IMG/VR virus record: IMGVR_UViG_3300027759_000043
Reading direction: 5' to 3' (one strand)
Origin: a virus
Lineage: Duplodnaviria > Caudoviricetes
Length of the DNA stretch: 64,000 nucleotides
The translations under genes were made by a program, and so were the position numbers. The notes beneath the pieces are model-generated. The model was not told the DNA's origin, ran no database searches, and worked only from the letters and a program-made list of their open reading frames with translations. How positions within the stretch are numbered: the stretch's first letter is position 1; each line of letters begins with the position of its first letter. Below, one piece after another: positions 50,755-60,709 of the stretch.

Positions 50755-52036
50755 TTTTCATCCACCATTCTAGTACTTCTGGTCGCGAGCCCAGGATATC
50801 TGTCATTGTTACTGACTGTGTTCTTATCTGTTCTAATTGTAAAACACGAACCTTGCCCTTGACAAGAGCCGCTTGGTATTGATCCGGCCACTGTTCTGCA
50901 AATGTGGGCCGGGTCTTTAATTGTAACAGTACATCACGCATGGCACCTGCGGAGCGGCCTGCTAGTTCGTCAACCCATGGATCCAGCACGGCTCTAGGCA
51001 ATGCTAGTGGACTCATAATGATATCTGGCGAGAAACTAAAGATAACTTTGGCCAGTAGTTCTACTCCAAACTGTCGCGCCAATTGTTGTATCGCATCAAC
51101 TTCGAGCATTCCGGGCAACGTGAGTGTAAAATCAATGCGCATTTGTCTGGGGGTTGTTGCGTAACGTAGTCCGTGTTCAAAATTACGCTTGAACTGTTCA
51201 TAATCCAATCCTGTACGAATATATTCCCCAATCTCGTTAGTTCCATCCAATGAAGCACATATTTGCCAGTCCCGGACATGGCTGAGAATATCGCCAAAAA
51301 GATCCATGCCGCGATAATTAATTCTGCTAAGGTTTGTATTATATCTAGCATACAGTCGAGGTCCATCTCCTAATTCAATTATTCGTCGCATGTAACGCCA
51401 ATGCTGTTCATACATTAGGGGTTCACCGCCAACCCAGTATATTTCTTCTACTGCATGTCGTTCCACGGCGGCAGCAAATTCGGCTTCAACCTGATTCTCC
51501 TGAAAGTGTGCGATCTGTCCACGTATATCTGTTCGCATCCAATTGTTCTTTGGATTTGATAAGTCAACCATGTTGTTCTGTTTTTGTTCACTTTCCCAGG
51601 CCGAGGATAGCATGTCGCCACAGGTTCTGCATTTGAAGTTACACAAGTTGCTGAACCTATAATCCCACGACACAGGAGCCATAGTTGTAGAACCATCCTC
51701 ACTAGTGGATGCAAATATCTCGGGTAATTTATGCTGAAATAAATGGTCGAAGTATGTTCGATATACATTGGTGTTTAAAAGTCGATCGTTGCAGACTTCG
51801 CATTCGGGCAGGGTTTCTCCAGCCATCATTCTGCGGCGCACTGACTTCATATGCTCTGAATTCCAGTGACCCTCTAGTGTAATGGGAATATACTTTCCTG
51901 TGCCCGAACTCGTATCTATATACTGCTCAAAGTTCTGCGCTGGTTCTCTTGACGCACAACACATCCTGCGTTCGGTCTGCGGTGAAAGATATGTATGCAC
52001 CCAGGGCGCAAGACACATGGTATCAGGTTTCTGCAT
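50747..52036 (-). CDS. Radical SAM protein with N-terminal twitch/SPASM-like domain
   Basis: CLAPW..MCC; CNFKCRTC; GGEPL. Confidence 0.85.
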   Translation of the reverse strand: MQKPDTMCLAPWVHTYLSPQTERRMCCASREPAQNFEQYIDTSSGTGKYIPITLEGHWNSEHMKSVRRRMMAGETLPECEVCNDRLLNTNVYRTYFDHLFQHKLPEIFASTSEDGSTTMAPVSWDYRFSNLCNFKCRTCGDMLSSAWESEQKQNNMVDLSNPKNNWMRTDIRGQIAHFQENQVEAEFAAAVERHAVEEIYWVGGEPLMYEQHWRYMRRIIELGDGPRLYARYNTNLSRINYRGMDLFGDILSHVRDWQICASLDGTNEIGEYIRTGLDYEQFKRNFEHGLRYATTPRQMRIDFTLTLPGMLEVDAIQQLARQFGVELLAKVIFSFSPDIIMSPLALPRAVLDPWVDELAGRSAGAMRDVLLQLKTRPTFAEQWPDQYQAALVKGKVRVLQLEQIRTQSVTMTDILGSRPEVLEWWMKIA

Positions 52037-52955
52037 ATGATATCAAAGGTTCAACAATTTCTTTAAATATACGTTGTTCTACTAATTCTTTATTAAAAAA
52101 TAAATTATGATTGTGTTTGAGTTTGCCAATGGTAATAGAATCATATGGAATTTTATAAAAGTTATCTATGTTTGCTATAACAGTATTTAATCTTGCATCA
52201 AAATCTTCTATGTTGTCATATGATTCGTCAAATATATTATCATATGTTTCAAATCCCAATTCTTTTAATCTTTTTAATGTATGATGTTGTCCAATAATTA
52301 AAAATGGATGATAATAAGCGCATGCCTTGAATGTTTTGTCAGTGGGCCACCAGCAGTCCCCAATTTGGCTAGTTTCCACTACGGTGCTAAAATAAGTGTC
52401 ATCGTACCACTCAGAGTTGAAAAATCGTTGATAATTTGGATCTATTGTTGTTGTATCATTGGGTAGTTTTTTGTCTTGATAACTCCATATGAAATTTTCA
52501 AGCCTGGCCCCTAGTAAATCAATTATTGCTTTTCGTTCTTTGCTTGGTCGTCTGACCGACATAAATGATAGTTTTTTATATGTTTTCTTAGGTACATAAT
52601 TATGATATCCTAAATGTTGCCACCATAAACTTTCGTTATACCAACACCAATTTTTATTATTCAATTCATAATAGTTGTTGCTGTATTCCGATCTGGGGAG
52701 TTCCCAAAGATTGTCAATTATCACAATGTGACCTGAATTTTTTAACTGGCGACTATATTTGTCATCAGCGTTCATCCACCAGACTGCAAAAAGGGTTGAT
52801 TTGTCATATGTTTTTTCACTATCAAACCATTCAATATCAAAATATTCTTGCCAAAAACTTTCTAGATAGAAACTAGTAAAACTAGTGAATTCGTCTGGTC
52901 TCAAAATTAACTTGACTTTAGACATAGTTAAGTAATTTTGCCAGTTCAGGGGCAA
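52023..52955 (-). CDS. GT10-like glycosyltransferase family protein (AT-rich)
   Basis: VVETS..TDKTFKA..PF..GFETY..FDESYD. Confidence 0.55.
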   Translation of the reverse strand: MPLNWQNYLTMSKVKLILRPDEFTSFTSFYLESFWQEYFDIEWFDSEKTYDKSTLFAVWWMNADDKYSRQLKNSGHIVIIDNLWELPRSEYSNNYYELNNKNWCWYNESLWWQHLGYHNYVPKKTYKKLSFMSVRRPSKERKAIIDLLGARLENFIWSYQDKKLPNDTTTIDPNYQRFFNSEWYDDTYFSTVVETSQIGDCWWPTDKTFKACAYYHPFLIIGQHHTLKRLKELGFETYDNIFDESYDNIEDFDARLNTVIANIDNFYKIPYDSITIGKLKHNHNLFFNKELVEQRIFKEIVEPLISYAET

Positions 52956-54123
52956 CAGTGGCTAAATTTTGTTCACGGCGGCTGTCTAATTTTTGTATTT
53001 GCTTTCGAATTTCAACACCATCAGTTGATTGGCCACGTATCATGAAATCAATGATGCCCGCAAAGTCTTCCTTGTACTTAGACGGACTTAATGCAGTATT
53101 TAAATGATTAGCGACGGCTTGTTTTGCAGAATCAGGCAATGCGCCAATGGAAAAATACGGTGCATCATGCATGATATTCCAGTATACAAAATCAAAGCCT
53201 TGTACACTGATCCAGTGTGCCAGTTGGTCGATATAACGAACATTGAATATATTCACGGTGGAACAACATTGCAGTTGAATATTAGAATGCTGCCGACGTA
53301 TTTGACGGAACAGTTCAAGATTTCTTTGAACATCAACCCATTTAGCACCAGTGCGCTGATATTCAAATCGTTCACACAAGTCATCGATACTAAATGCAAT
53401 CTCCACTGTTTTAAAATGCTTCCAAATTTCAATAGCATCCGCTGGATACTGAGTGCCATTGGTATTGTAGTGTATTTCGACTTGGTGTGCTATGCCACGG
53501 TCCACTATGCCTTGTAACATAGTAAAATGTTCTTCAATCATAAAGGGCTCGCCGCCTGTAAATTCAATGTAACGAATGTCGTTAAGTACTGAATCAATCT
53601 GTGTCCAAAATTGATCATTTTCTCTGGGCCAACGTCCGGCCTTTAACATTTGATAAGCAAAACTTGTCTTGCTGTGCGCTTCTATTGAAGTTGCGATTTC
53701 TTCTACAGCAAAACTACTGCTAGACCAAGACCCGCATATACGGCATTTGAGATTGCAGATGTTGCCCAATTTAAGGTCAAGGAACATGAGTGGCTTGGCG
53801 TCCCGAGTCCATTCCGTACTAATGCCCATGTGCTTGAGTCTGTCTAGTGTGTGCATACGTTTACTAGTACGCCCAGCGTCTTCCTCATTCCAACACTTGC
53901 GGCAAGTGGCGGGTTGTTTTCCTGCTAAGAATGCTTGTCGCAATTGGTACATGTATTCGCTATTTTGAATATCTCGAAAATTAGCAGACTTCAAGTTAAA
54001 CTTGACACTATTACTGTCTACAATTTCATCATCGGCCAAGCAACAGGGACGCACTGTACCTATAGGGCTGGCTTCTAGGCTTACCCAGGGCAATACACAA
54101 AATTTATCGTGTGGTAAATTCAT
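52918..54123 (-). CDS. Radical SAM protein with N-terminal twitch/SPASM-like domain
   Basis: CVLPW..PCC; CNLKCRIC; TGGEP. Confidence 0.85.
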   Translation of the reverse strand: MNLPHDKFCVLPWVSLEASPIGTVRPCCLADDEIVDSNSVKFNLKSANFRDIQNSEYMYQLRQAFLAGKQPATCRKCWNEEDAGRTSKRMHTLDRLKHMGISTEWTRDAKPLMFLDLKLGNICNLKCRICGSWSSSSFAVEEIATSIEAHSKTSFAYQMLKAGRWPRENDQFWTQIDSVLNDIRYIEFTGGEPFMIEEHFTMLQGIVDRGIAHQVEIHYNTNGTQYPADAIEIWKHFKTVEIAFSIDDLCERFEYQRTGAKWVDVQRNLELFRQIRRQHSNIQLQCCSTVNIFNVRYIDQLAHWISVQGFDFVYWNIMHDAPYFSIGALPDSAKQAVANHLNTALSPSKYKEDFAGIIDFMIRGQSTDGVEIRKQIQKLDSRREQNLATVAPELAKLLNYV

Positions 54124-55382
54124 TTCAAAACCTTGAGTTCAGGAAGCACGTCCAAGACGTTTTCATTTCTAATGTCATCCAGTTCGTGCGTTTTACGCCA
54201 GAATGTGTCGATCAACTGTGTATTGTCTGTTGCGTTCATGAATTGAATGGCTGATTGAAATCCTTGCGTGGCACGACCCAATGGATCTCTATCACTCATC
54301 CAGGACAAATGCTTACGGTATTTTTCTTCTAGTCGTTGTTTGTACTCAACCGTAGCAATATCTATTCTATAGTATGCTGGATCTTGCAAAATGTTTACAT
54401 TTAAATCTTGTGGCTGAATTAGTCCAGCGGCACACCATTCTCTGTGAAAGTCTGGCAAATGCCAAGCATTTAATATGCTGAGTGTGGGCGAAATGTAAAA
54501 GTCTACATTGGGACACGTTGCAATCATTCTGTGACGATTCTGCACAACGTCCGACCATCGGGTACCTTTGCGTATGTATTCGGCAGGATGGCCCATGCCG
54601 TCCAATGACGCACCCACTGCCACTGAGTCAAACTGTCGCCAGTATTCAAATACTGAACGGCCTTTTAGATCTATGTGCGTGAAATTTGTATTGTAGATTA
54701 ATCGTACATCAAAGCGTTTTCTCTTTACCAGTTCTTCTAAGATGTTGTAGTGTTCTTCCATCAGCAATGGCTCGCCACCTGCGAAGTAGATTTGTTCTAC
54801 ATAGTCCAAATGCGGTTCTAATTGTGTCCACATGTCTGTTTCTGTGCGCCCTGCATAGTTAAGAACTGCGTTGCGATCTTTCCATTCAGGGCCTGCTAAT
54901 TTCACTTGATCCTGGTACCATTGGCTTGAAAAGATATGCCCACATGAGCGACATTTTAAATTGCAAAGATTGCTGAAACGAATATCCCAATAGGTCATTT
55001 CAAACGGATTAGCATCTAATTTTTTAACATGATGCCCGTGATGTTTATTTGCTGATCGGCGTCCTGAAAAGAATCCCGATTGTTCTTGTTCATAACAACG
55101 TACACAAGCGGCATGTGGCGTTTCACTCAGCATATCAGCACGTAACTGTTGCATAGGCTTGTCCTGCCATATTTCTTCAAGCGTGTTTGTTCTACAGTTG
55201 CCCACTACTCCTGGCTTCATTTCAGCATGACAGCAAGGATATGCTTCACCTGTGGGATATGCATGCAAATGAATCCAAGGATAGATACAGAATGTCTTGG
55301 AGTCTTCTAGCAAGAAACGTTCACGCTCGGTGAGTTCTGTGGCACGTACTAGATCAGTAGAGTTATACTTGTATTGCGTCAT
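54120..55382 (-). CDS. Radical SAM protein with N-terminal twitch/SPASM-like domain
   Basis: CIYPW..PCC; CNLKCRSC; AGGEP. Confidence 0.85.
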   Translation of the reverse strand: MTQYKYNSTDLVRATELTERERFLLEDSKTFCIYPWIHLHAYPTGEAYPCCHAEMKPGVVGNCRTNTLEEIWQDKPMQQLRADMLSETPHAACVRCYEQEQSGFFSGRRSANKHHGHHVKKLDANPFEMTYWDIRFSNLCNLKCRSCGHIFSSQWYQDQVKLAGPEWKDRNAVLNYAGRTETDMWTQLEPHLDYVEQIYFAGGEPLLMEEHYNILEELVKRKRFDVRLIYNTNFTHIDLKGRSVFEYWRQFDSVAVGASLDGMGHPAEYIRKGTRWSDVVQNRHRMIATCPNVDFYISPTLSILNAWHLPDFHREWCAAGLIQPQDLNVNILQDPAYYRIDIATVEYKQRLEEKYRKHLSWMSDRDPLGRATQGFQSAIQFMNATDNTQLIDTFWRKTHELDDIRNENVLDVLPELKVLK

Positions 55383-56700
55383 ACCATTCTTTTAATTCAG
55401 GAAATACAGCACTAAAGTCTTTGCCACGACGTTGATCGTATTGTGTATAGAACTGTTTAAAGTCATTCAATAACCGGGGCCGATCAAATGCTTCTGAGTG
55501 CGGGGTCTTGACCACATCCAAATAATCAATCAAGCGTTGGGTGTGATTGACTTCGTGTTCGTGAATGAACTCACTATCAGCCCAGTGCGCCAACCAGGTC
55601 TCCAAGCGTTGTCTATACACTATGCGCTGGGCATCAGGCAATACCAGCGGCGACTGAAAACTGGGAAAGCGCAAGATATTTAATGTAAACGAAACAGCAT
55701 CTTGACCGTATTCCAGTTTCCAATTCATTATGCACTCTAGTAATTGATCCAAGGTGCTTAAACATAGTGCGTTGACAGTACACATAACATGTATACCACG
55801 GAACTGTCCTGAATCTAGCAAGCGTTCTACGTTGTTAGCCCATTCATCCCACACAAGTCCATCACGTATATATTCTGCCTGAGTTGATATTGACTCATTG
55901 CTGGTGTACAAGTCGATTGCCATTCCGGCTGTGCTGGCAAGCAGTCGGTCAACATCAACTTCGGTTCCCAAGTTACTATTGATAGCCAAACGTGTGTGAC
56001 TCTTGCCCTGATTTGTTTTAAACCAATCAATAAGGCGCCAGGTGTGGGCCGACATGAGGGGCTCTCCTCCGGTGATTCTAAGTTCCTGGAGTGTATGATG
56101 TAGGTCTGATTCCCACCATGCGAAAAATGCATCAATGTAGGGATTACTCTCCGTGATCTTAAACAACTGAGCACTATCATGGGTGTGGGTAAAGTGATTG
56201 CGCCCGTCACTAACAAGATTGTTGTAGGGTCCGTTGCGTCGAATATCACTAACCCAAGTTGTGCTAAAAGCAGGGTTGCAGTAACTGCAAGCAAATTGAC
56301 AAGTACGATCAAAAGCAATTTCCAGTGTACGGAGATTGATCTCTTGCATTGCAGGAGTATTAAATGCGTCATGTAAGGCCTCTATGGGATATATTTTACT
56401 CTTGTACACACGGTCACTAACAGCATCCTTGCCCATGTCCTCAATCTTCCAGCAGTATTCACAACCTTTAGGTCGTTCACCTGCAAGCATTTTACGTCTG
56501 TCTTCTTTCTTTTGATCAGTATTGTGCAACAGCCTAGGGTTGGCCTGGACTTTATCAATGTCCACCAAATGGGCTGGAGGGTGGTGACAACTTGTGGTCA
56601 TACCAGAGCCTAACCAAATAGTGGCATTGTACCATTTGGCCGCACAAAAACTATCAGATAGTTTGTCTAAAACTTCATGTTTGAATTCTAAATCGTTCAC
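55363..56700 (-). CDS. Radical SAM protein (CAAKW subtype)
   Basis: CAAKW..SCHH; CQFACSYC; TGGEP. Confidence 0.85.
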   Translation of the reverse strand: MNDLEFKHEVLDKLSDSFCAAKWYNATIWLGSGMTTSCHHPPAHLVDIDKVQANPRLLHNTDQKKEDRRKMLAGERPKGCEYCWKIEDMGKDAVSDRVYKSKIYPIEALHDAFNTPAMQEINLRTLEIAFDRTCQFACSYCNPAFSTTWVSDIRRNGPYNNLVSDGRNHFTHTHDSAQLFKITESNPYIDAFFAWWESDLHHTLQELRITGGEPLMSAHTWRLIDWFKTNQGKSHTRLAINSNLGTEVDVDRLLASTAGMAIDLYTSNESISTQAEYIRDGLVWDEWANNVERLLDSGQFRGIHVMCTVNALCLSTLDQLLECIMNWKLEYGQDAVSFTLNILRFPSFQSPLVLPDAQRIVYRQRLETWLAHWADSEFIHEHEVNHTQRLIDYLDVVKTPHSEAFDRPRLLNDFKQFYTQYDQRRGKDFSAVFPELKEWYDAIQV

Positions 56701-57956
56701 AAATTATTTTGGATAAAATTAACAAAACGGTCAGGAAATTCGCTAAAGATTCTAGGTCCTTCTGCCGCCAAGTGTTGTTGATTATACTTAGTTACTGCTC
56801 GACTTGCAACCAGAAATTCCGCCAGATTGCTCTCACATAAGTCTTGCACCACTTGGGCTATTCGATCCAATCGATCTTGATTGTTGTCTATTGAGTCAAA
56901 TGATTCATCAATCAGGTGATCAAATGTTTGGAATCCTGCGCGACGCAAGTCGCGATAAAAACCGCAATTGGCCACTGCCACAAAAGGATGACCCATGGCA
57001 ATGGGTTTGTAAATTTTTTCACTACGCAGGCTGTAAGGGTAGTCAAACACAGTTTCTGACACCAAACTGAAATAGGTATCTATGTAGGGTTCAGCACGAA
57101 TATACACGTCGCCCCATTTGTTATCAAACAATTCGTGTTTGACAAATGCATGTTGATATTGGTCTTTTTGTCCTGCATGAAATTGTTCTACTTCATATTC
57201 GGCGGGTAACAGTTGTATCTTGTTGGGTCTCTCAAACAGATCAGTCGAATAGGTGTGATGGTATACTGGGGTAGTGTCCAAGTTGGTCCAAAGTGCATGT
57301 GCCAACAGGCCAGCATCACGCATGAGTTCTATCATGTATTTTCTGTGTGGTCTCGTGCGTCCATTCAAGAAAAGAAACTTATAGGGTTTGTGTAATTTGT
57401 TATAGATTTCACCTACACGAGCACCTTGTTTGGCATTGCTTTCATAACAGGTTGCTCTGTAAGCATAATGATCGTACACCATGCAGTTGAGTTCAGGCTC
57501 CATATCTCCGCACCCAACTAATAATAATTTCTTGTTTCGAATTAGATCTATCAATCCTAGTCGTTGGCATTGTAATTTAAGAGTAATCGATCCTTCTGAT
57601 GGATTGGCCAGTACGGGTAAGCAAATCTCTGCAAGTTGTTTCACACGATCTGCATAACGATTTACAGTTTGTCTGGCCAGCACAACAATGTCATTAGGCT
57701 GGGGTTCGTATTGCTCAAAATCCCAAAATGTATCATCTACGAGATGTTGTATTTCTGTGTGTATCTCGCAGGAAGTATCGCATACAAGTCTGTGGTTACC
57801 TAGCATGATATCTGCACTCGTCCCACCACGACCGCATTTCAGGGAATGTGTTTGAGAAGTCTGTGCCACGTCGACGATCATGTTCCGCAAAGAATCTGTA
57901 AAAGTCTGCACGTGCCTTGGAGTGATCTTGTGCTTGCGCACTGCGCATCCAAGCAA
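56697..57956 (-). CDS. GT10-like glycosyltransferase family protein
   Basis: VSETVF..SEKIYKPI..PF..GFQTF..IDESFD; true start probably near 57806. Confidence 0.55.
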   Translation of the reverse strand: MLGCAVRKHKITPRHVQTFTDSLRNMIVDVAQTSQTHSLKCGRGGTSADIMLGNHRLVCDTSCEIHTEIQHLVDDTFWDFEQYEPQPNDIVVLARQTVNRYADRVKQLAEICLPVLANPSEGSITLKLQCQRLGLIDLIRNKKLLLVGCGDMEPELNCMVYDHYAYRATCYESNAKQGARVGEIYNKLHKPYKFLFLNGRTRPHRKYMIELMRDAGLLAHALWTNLDTTPVYHHTYSTDLFERPNKIQLLPAEYEVEQFHAGQKDQYQHAFVKHELFDNKWGDVYIRAEPYIDTYFSLVSETVFDYPYSLRSEKIYKPIAMGHPFVAVANCGFYRDLRRAGFQTFDHLIDESFDSIDNNQDRLDRIAQVVQDLCESNLAEFLVASRAVTKYNQQHLAAEGPRIFSEFPDRFVNFIQNNL

Positions 57957-59169
57957 TGTCTCTATCCAATCGAGCCACTTCGTAGTCTTTGAATCCTTGG
58001 TGCGGGTATCGTGGATCTTCCATGTGTTCTAGCATGAACTGTTTGACTTCTTCCAATTTAAGAGCATAACTCTCAGGTAATATTTGTAAACTCTGCCAAC
58101 TGGGTGTGCGTAGTACAGGAGTATCAAACCATACTCGCTGATAAGTTCGGCTATGTGTTCTTCTCAAAAATAATATCCAACCCAGTAAAGATTTTAATCC
58201 TGTTACAGAGAGATTGTTCATGGTAATGATAAATGTGAGACTGTTATAACTAGGCACTTTGGTCAAGTAGCGGTTCACATTGTCGAACATTCGCATGTAG
58301 TCAAGTCCATGGCGTATGTATTCGGCTTGTGCTGGTATTCCAGAGTCCACACTCACATACTGCATAAAGTGTTCAATGCGTCCGTCACAAATGTTCTTTA
58401 CGTAGTCAAGGTATCGTTTGAACAATTCAGGTTCTACAGAGAAGTTACTGGTAACGTTCAGATGTAGTTTTTTACTAGGGTTAGCCAACACATAATCAAA
58501 CACCCGATAAGTGTTCTTGTCCATTAGCGGCTCGCCACCGGTCATACGGAAGTGTTCTAGTTCAGGGTATAGCGTCGGCCACCAAGACCAAAATGCTTCA
58601 ACATACGGATTGTGTTCGCGAACTGGGATGGGTTGTCTATTACCCATAAAATGCGATGGATCATTATGGGTAGTACTAGTTGGATAGCCACCATCACGGG
58701 CAACTTCATCAGCCCAACTACTACTAAACTGAGGACTACAATAACTACACTTGAGGTTACAAGCATGGTTAAAGTTGACTTCCACATAAGAAGGAATAAC
58801 ATCTTCATCTCCTGAGGAGTTTTTAATTTTTTCAAAGTCTACTGCGGCCCAGGGCTCACCTGAACGATAATGCCTGTCACTTAGTTTGCCTTGGTCTTCC
58901 ATGTTCCAACAATAGGAACATTCTGCAGGACGCTCCTGACGCAACATTATTCGACGCTGTTCTTTTTTGTGTTCAGTATTGTGCAAGGCCGCAGGATTGG
59001 CGGCAATGGCCACAGAATCTATAGCATGCAAGGGCGGATGGTAACAGGAGTTGTTGAGTCCTGTGGGCAAGTGTAAACTCACTTGTTTCCATTTGGCCAA
59101 GCACAGTGCATGTCCCAGTTGAGCCTGCATGTGTTCTGCGGCATTTAAAAAATTTGATTTTTCAGCCAT
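57796..59169 (-). CDS. Radical SAM protein (CLAKW subtype)
   Basis: CLAKW..SCYH; CNLKCSYC; TGGEP. Confidence 0.85.
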   Translation of the reverse strand: MAEKSNFLNAAEHMQAQLGHALCLAKWKQVSLHLPTGLNNSCYHPPLHAIDSVAIAANPAALHNTEHKKEQRRIMLRQERPAECSYCWNMEDQGKLSDRHYRSGEPWAAVDFEKIKNSSGDEDVIPSYVEVNFNHACNLKCSYCSPQFSSSWADEVARDGGYPTSTTHNDPSHFMGNRQPIPVREHNPYVEAFWSWWPTLYPELEHFRMTGGEPLMDKNTYRVFDYVLANPSKKLHLNVTSNFSVEPELFKRYLDYVKNICDGRIEHFMQYVSVDSGIPAQAEYIRHGLDYMRMFDNVNRYLTKVPSYNSLTFIITMNNLSVTGLKSLLGWILFLRRTHSRTYQRVWFDTPVLRTPSWQSLQILPESYALKLEEVKQFMLEHMEDPRYPHQGFKDYEVARLDRDIAWMRSAQAQDHSKARADFYRFFAEHDRRRGTDFSNTFPEMRSWWDECRYHAR

Positions 59170-59849
59170 TGTTCCACTCTAGGTTTTAGATATTGTGCAA
59201 ATTCTTCATTGGCTTTGGGAGTAGGATGTTCATGACAAAAATATCCCTCATCTTCCCACCAACACCATTCTTTGATCTGTTCATCCCAAGCGAAGGTAGC
59301 GGCACGGCCTGGCCTAATACCATTACTATGCATGCGCCAGCCCACATCACTGGCTCCCCAGCCATGCACAAACCACTGCGAATTTAAAGTTTGTGCTATC
59401 CATTGTTGCCAACTGGCACATAACACATCAAACCCATATTCCTGTGCTAGTGTTGTGTCAACGTCACTGAGACCTCCAATAAATGCAATAGGATTTTCTA
59501 CTCTTGCTCGAATCTCACTCATTATAGCATGATTTAGCCTAGTACGCAACTCAAACATGTCCTCTCGTTCGATCCATTCGTGAGGCGGTGCATTTTGTAT
59601 GCGTCCGTAATCTCTGCCGGGCTCGGTCCATACCCAAATCACAGGTACTGTAGACGGAACACGCATGTCGATCAATTTATCCAAGCAAGCAAGATTGCCT
59701 TGTCCTGGGCTCAAACAATGCTGATAAGGCCAAGGCCAATGGTCGGCCAGCCTAACATCGCCGGGCAATGGTTGTTGATTACCTTTGTCGTAATTGCTAT
59801 CAGTAAACCCTTTGAGTGCCCAACTATCTCCGGCAAATATGTATGTCAT
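59145..59849 (-). CDS. SGNH hydrolase-like protein
   Basis: FAGDSW, GQGN, HEHP..AN. Confidence 0.6.
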   Translation of the reverse strand: MTYIFAGDSWALKGFTDSNYDKGNQQPLPGDVRLADHWPWPYQHCLSPGQGNLACLDKLIDMRVPSTVPVIWVWTEPGRDYGRIQNAPPHEWIEREDMFELRTRLNHAIMSEIRARVENPIAFIGGLSDVDTTLAQEYGFDVLCASWQQWIAQTLNSQWFVHGWGASDVGWRMHSNGIRPGRAATFAWDEQIKEWCWWEDEGYFCHEHPTPKANEEFAQYLKPRVEQWLKNQIF

Positions 59850-60709
59850 TTTAGATCCTTTTTGTGTTGAGCAAAAATTTGATCACCGTGATATTGTTCG
59901 GGACAAAAACGACATTGATCAATGGGCTGGTTAAGATTGGCAATAAATTGCTGTTTGACTTCAGCACTGTCATTGATTTGTAAAGGGCGATAACTCAGCA
60001 TGAGATCACGATCCTCAGTCGTCAACGCCAACTTATTTTGTTCATCAAATTCAGGTAATACAGCCGCCACACCACATTTATACAATCCGCCACGTATGAA
60101 ATGATGACAAGTTTTCATGTGACAAATATCATGTGCTTTGACAGGATCGCTTTGATGCAGAGTCAGCACATTGTCTTGTTTGACAATAGCACCTTGATGG
60201 AACCACCAATTGTATTCTATTTTGACCCTCACACCATTGGCATCTGTTATCATCATGTATTGTTGATAAGGATTGTCACTGTTAAAACTCACCTGATGTG
60301 GTGCTTGGGTAAAGTCTTTTACTTTTTGTATGACTTCTTTCTTGTGCTGTTTGTTGTGTATTCCGACCCATAATACAATATTAGGGTGTTGTTGCAGTAT
60401 TGAATACAATTTTGGTTGCCGATCAAGCCGTAATCCATTGCTGATAATTCTTATTGCCTTTTTAGGCCATAACTGATTTATACCCACAACCCATTCTATA
60501 AAAGTAGGATTAAGTAATGGTTCACCACCTAGGATTCCTATACTGCCGATGTCAACCTGTCTGGACCATTGTTGATAAGTTTCAGCATAATCGCCCCAAC
60601 TTTGATACCCATTGAATTGGTAATTGTTAAATCGATTGCAACCCGGACAAGCCAAATTACAAACATTTATCATGTAAAATTCTGCATATGGTATAAACAA
60701 TTTAGACAT
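59846..60709 (-). CDS. Radical SAM protein with C-terminal Cys cluster
   Basis: CNLACPGC, LGGEP, C..CHHF..LYKC..CRFC. Confidence 0.8.
   Translation of the reverse strand: MSKLFIPYAEFYMINVCNLACPGCNRFNNYQFNGYQSWGDYAETYQQWSRQVDIGSIGILGGEPLLNPTFIEWVVGINQLWPKKAIRIISNGLRLDRQPKLYSILQQHPNIVLWVGIHNKQHKKEVIQKVKDFTQAPHQVSFNSDNPYQQYMMITDANGVRVKIEYNWWFHQGAIVKQDNVLTLHQSDPVKAHDICHMKTCHHFIRGGLYKCGVAAVLPEFDEQNKLALTTEDRDLMLSYRPLQINDSAEVKQQFIANLNQPIDQCRFCPEQYHGDQIFAQHKKDLK

Noticed and set aside
50747-60709. Classical RiPP cluster
   Set aside because: No PqqD/RRE partner, dedicated peptidase/exporter or leader-core precursor was found, and the neighbours are sugar enzymes.
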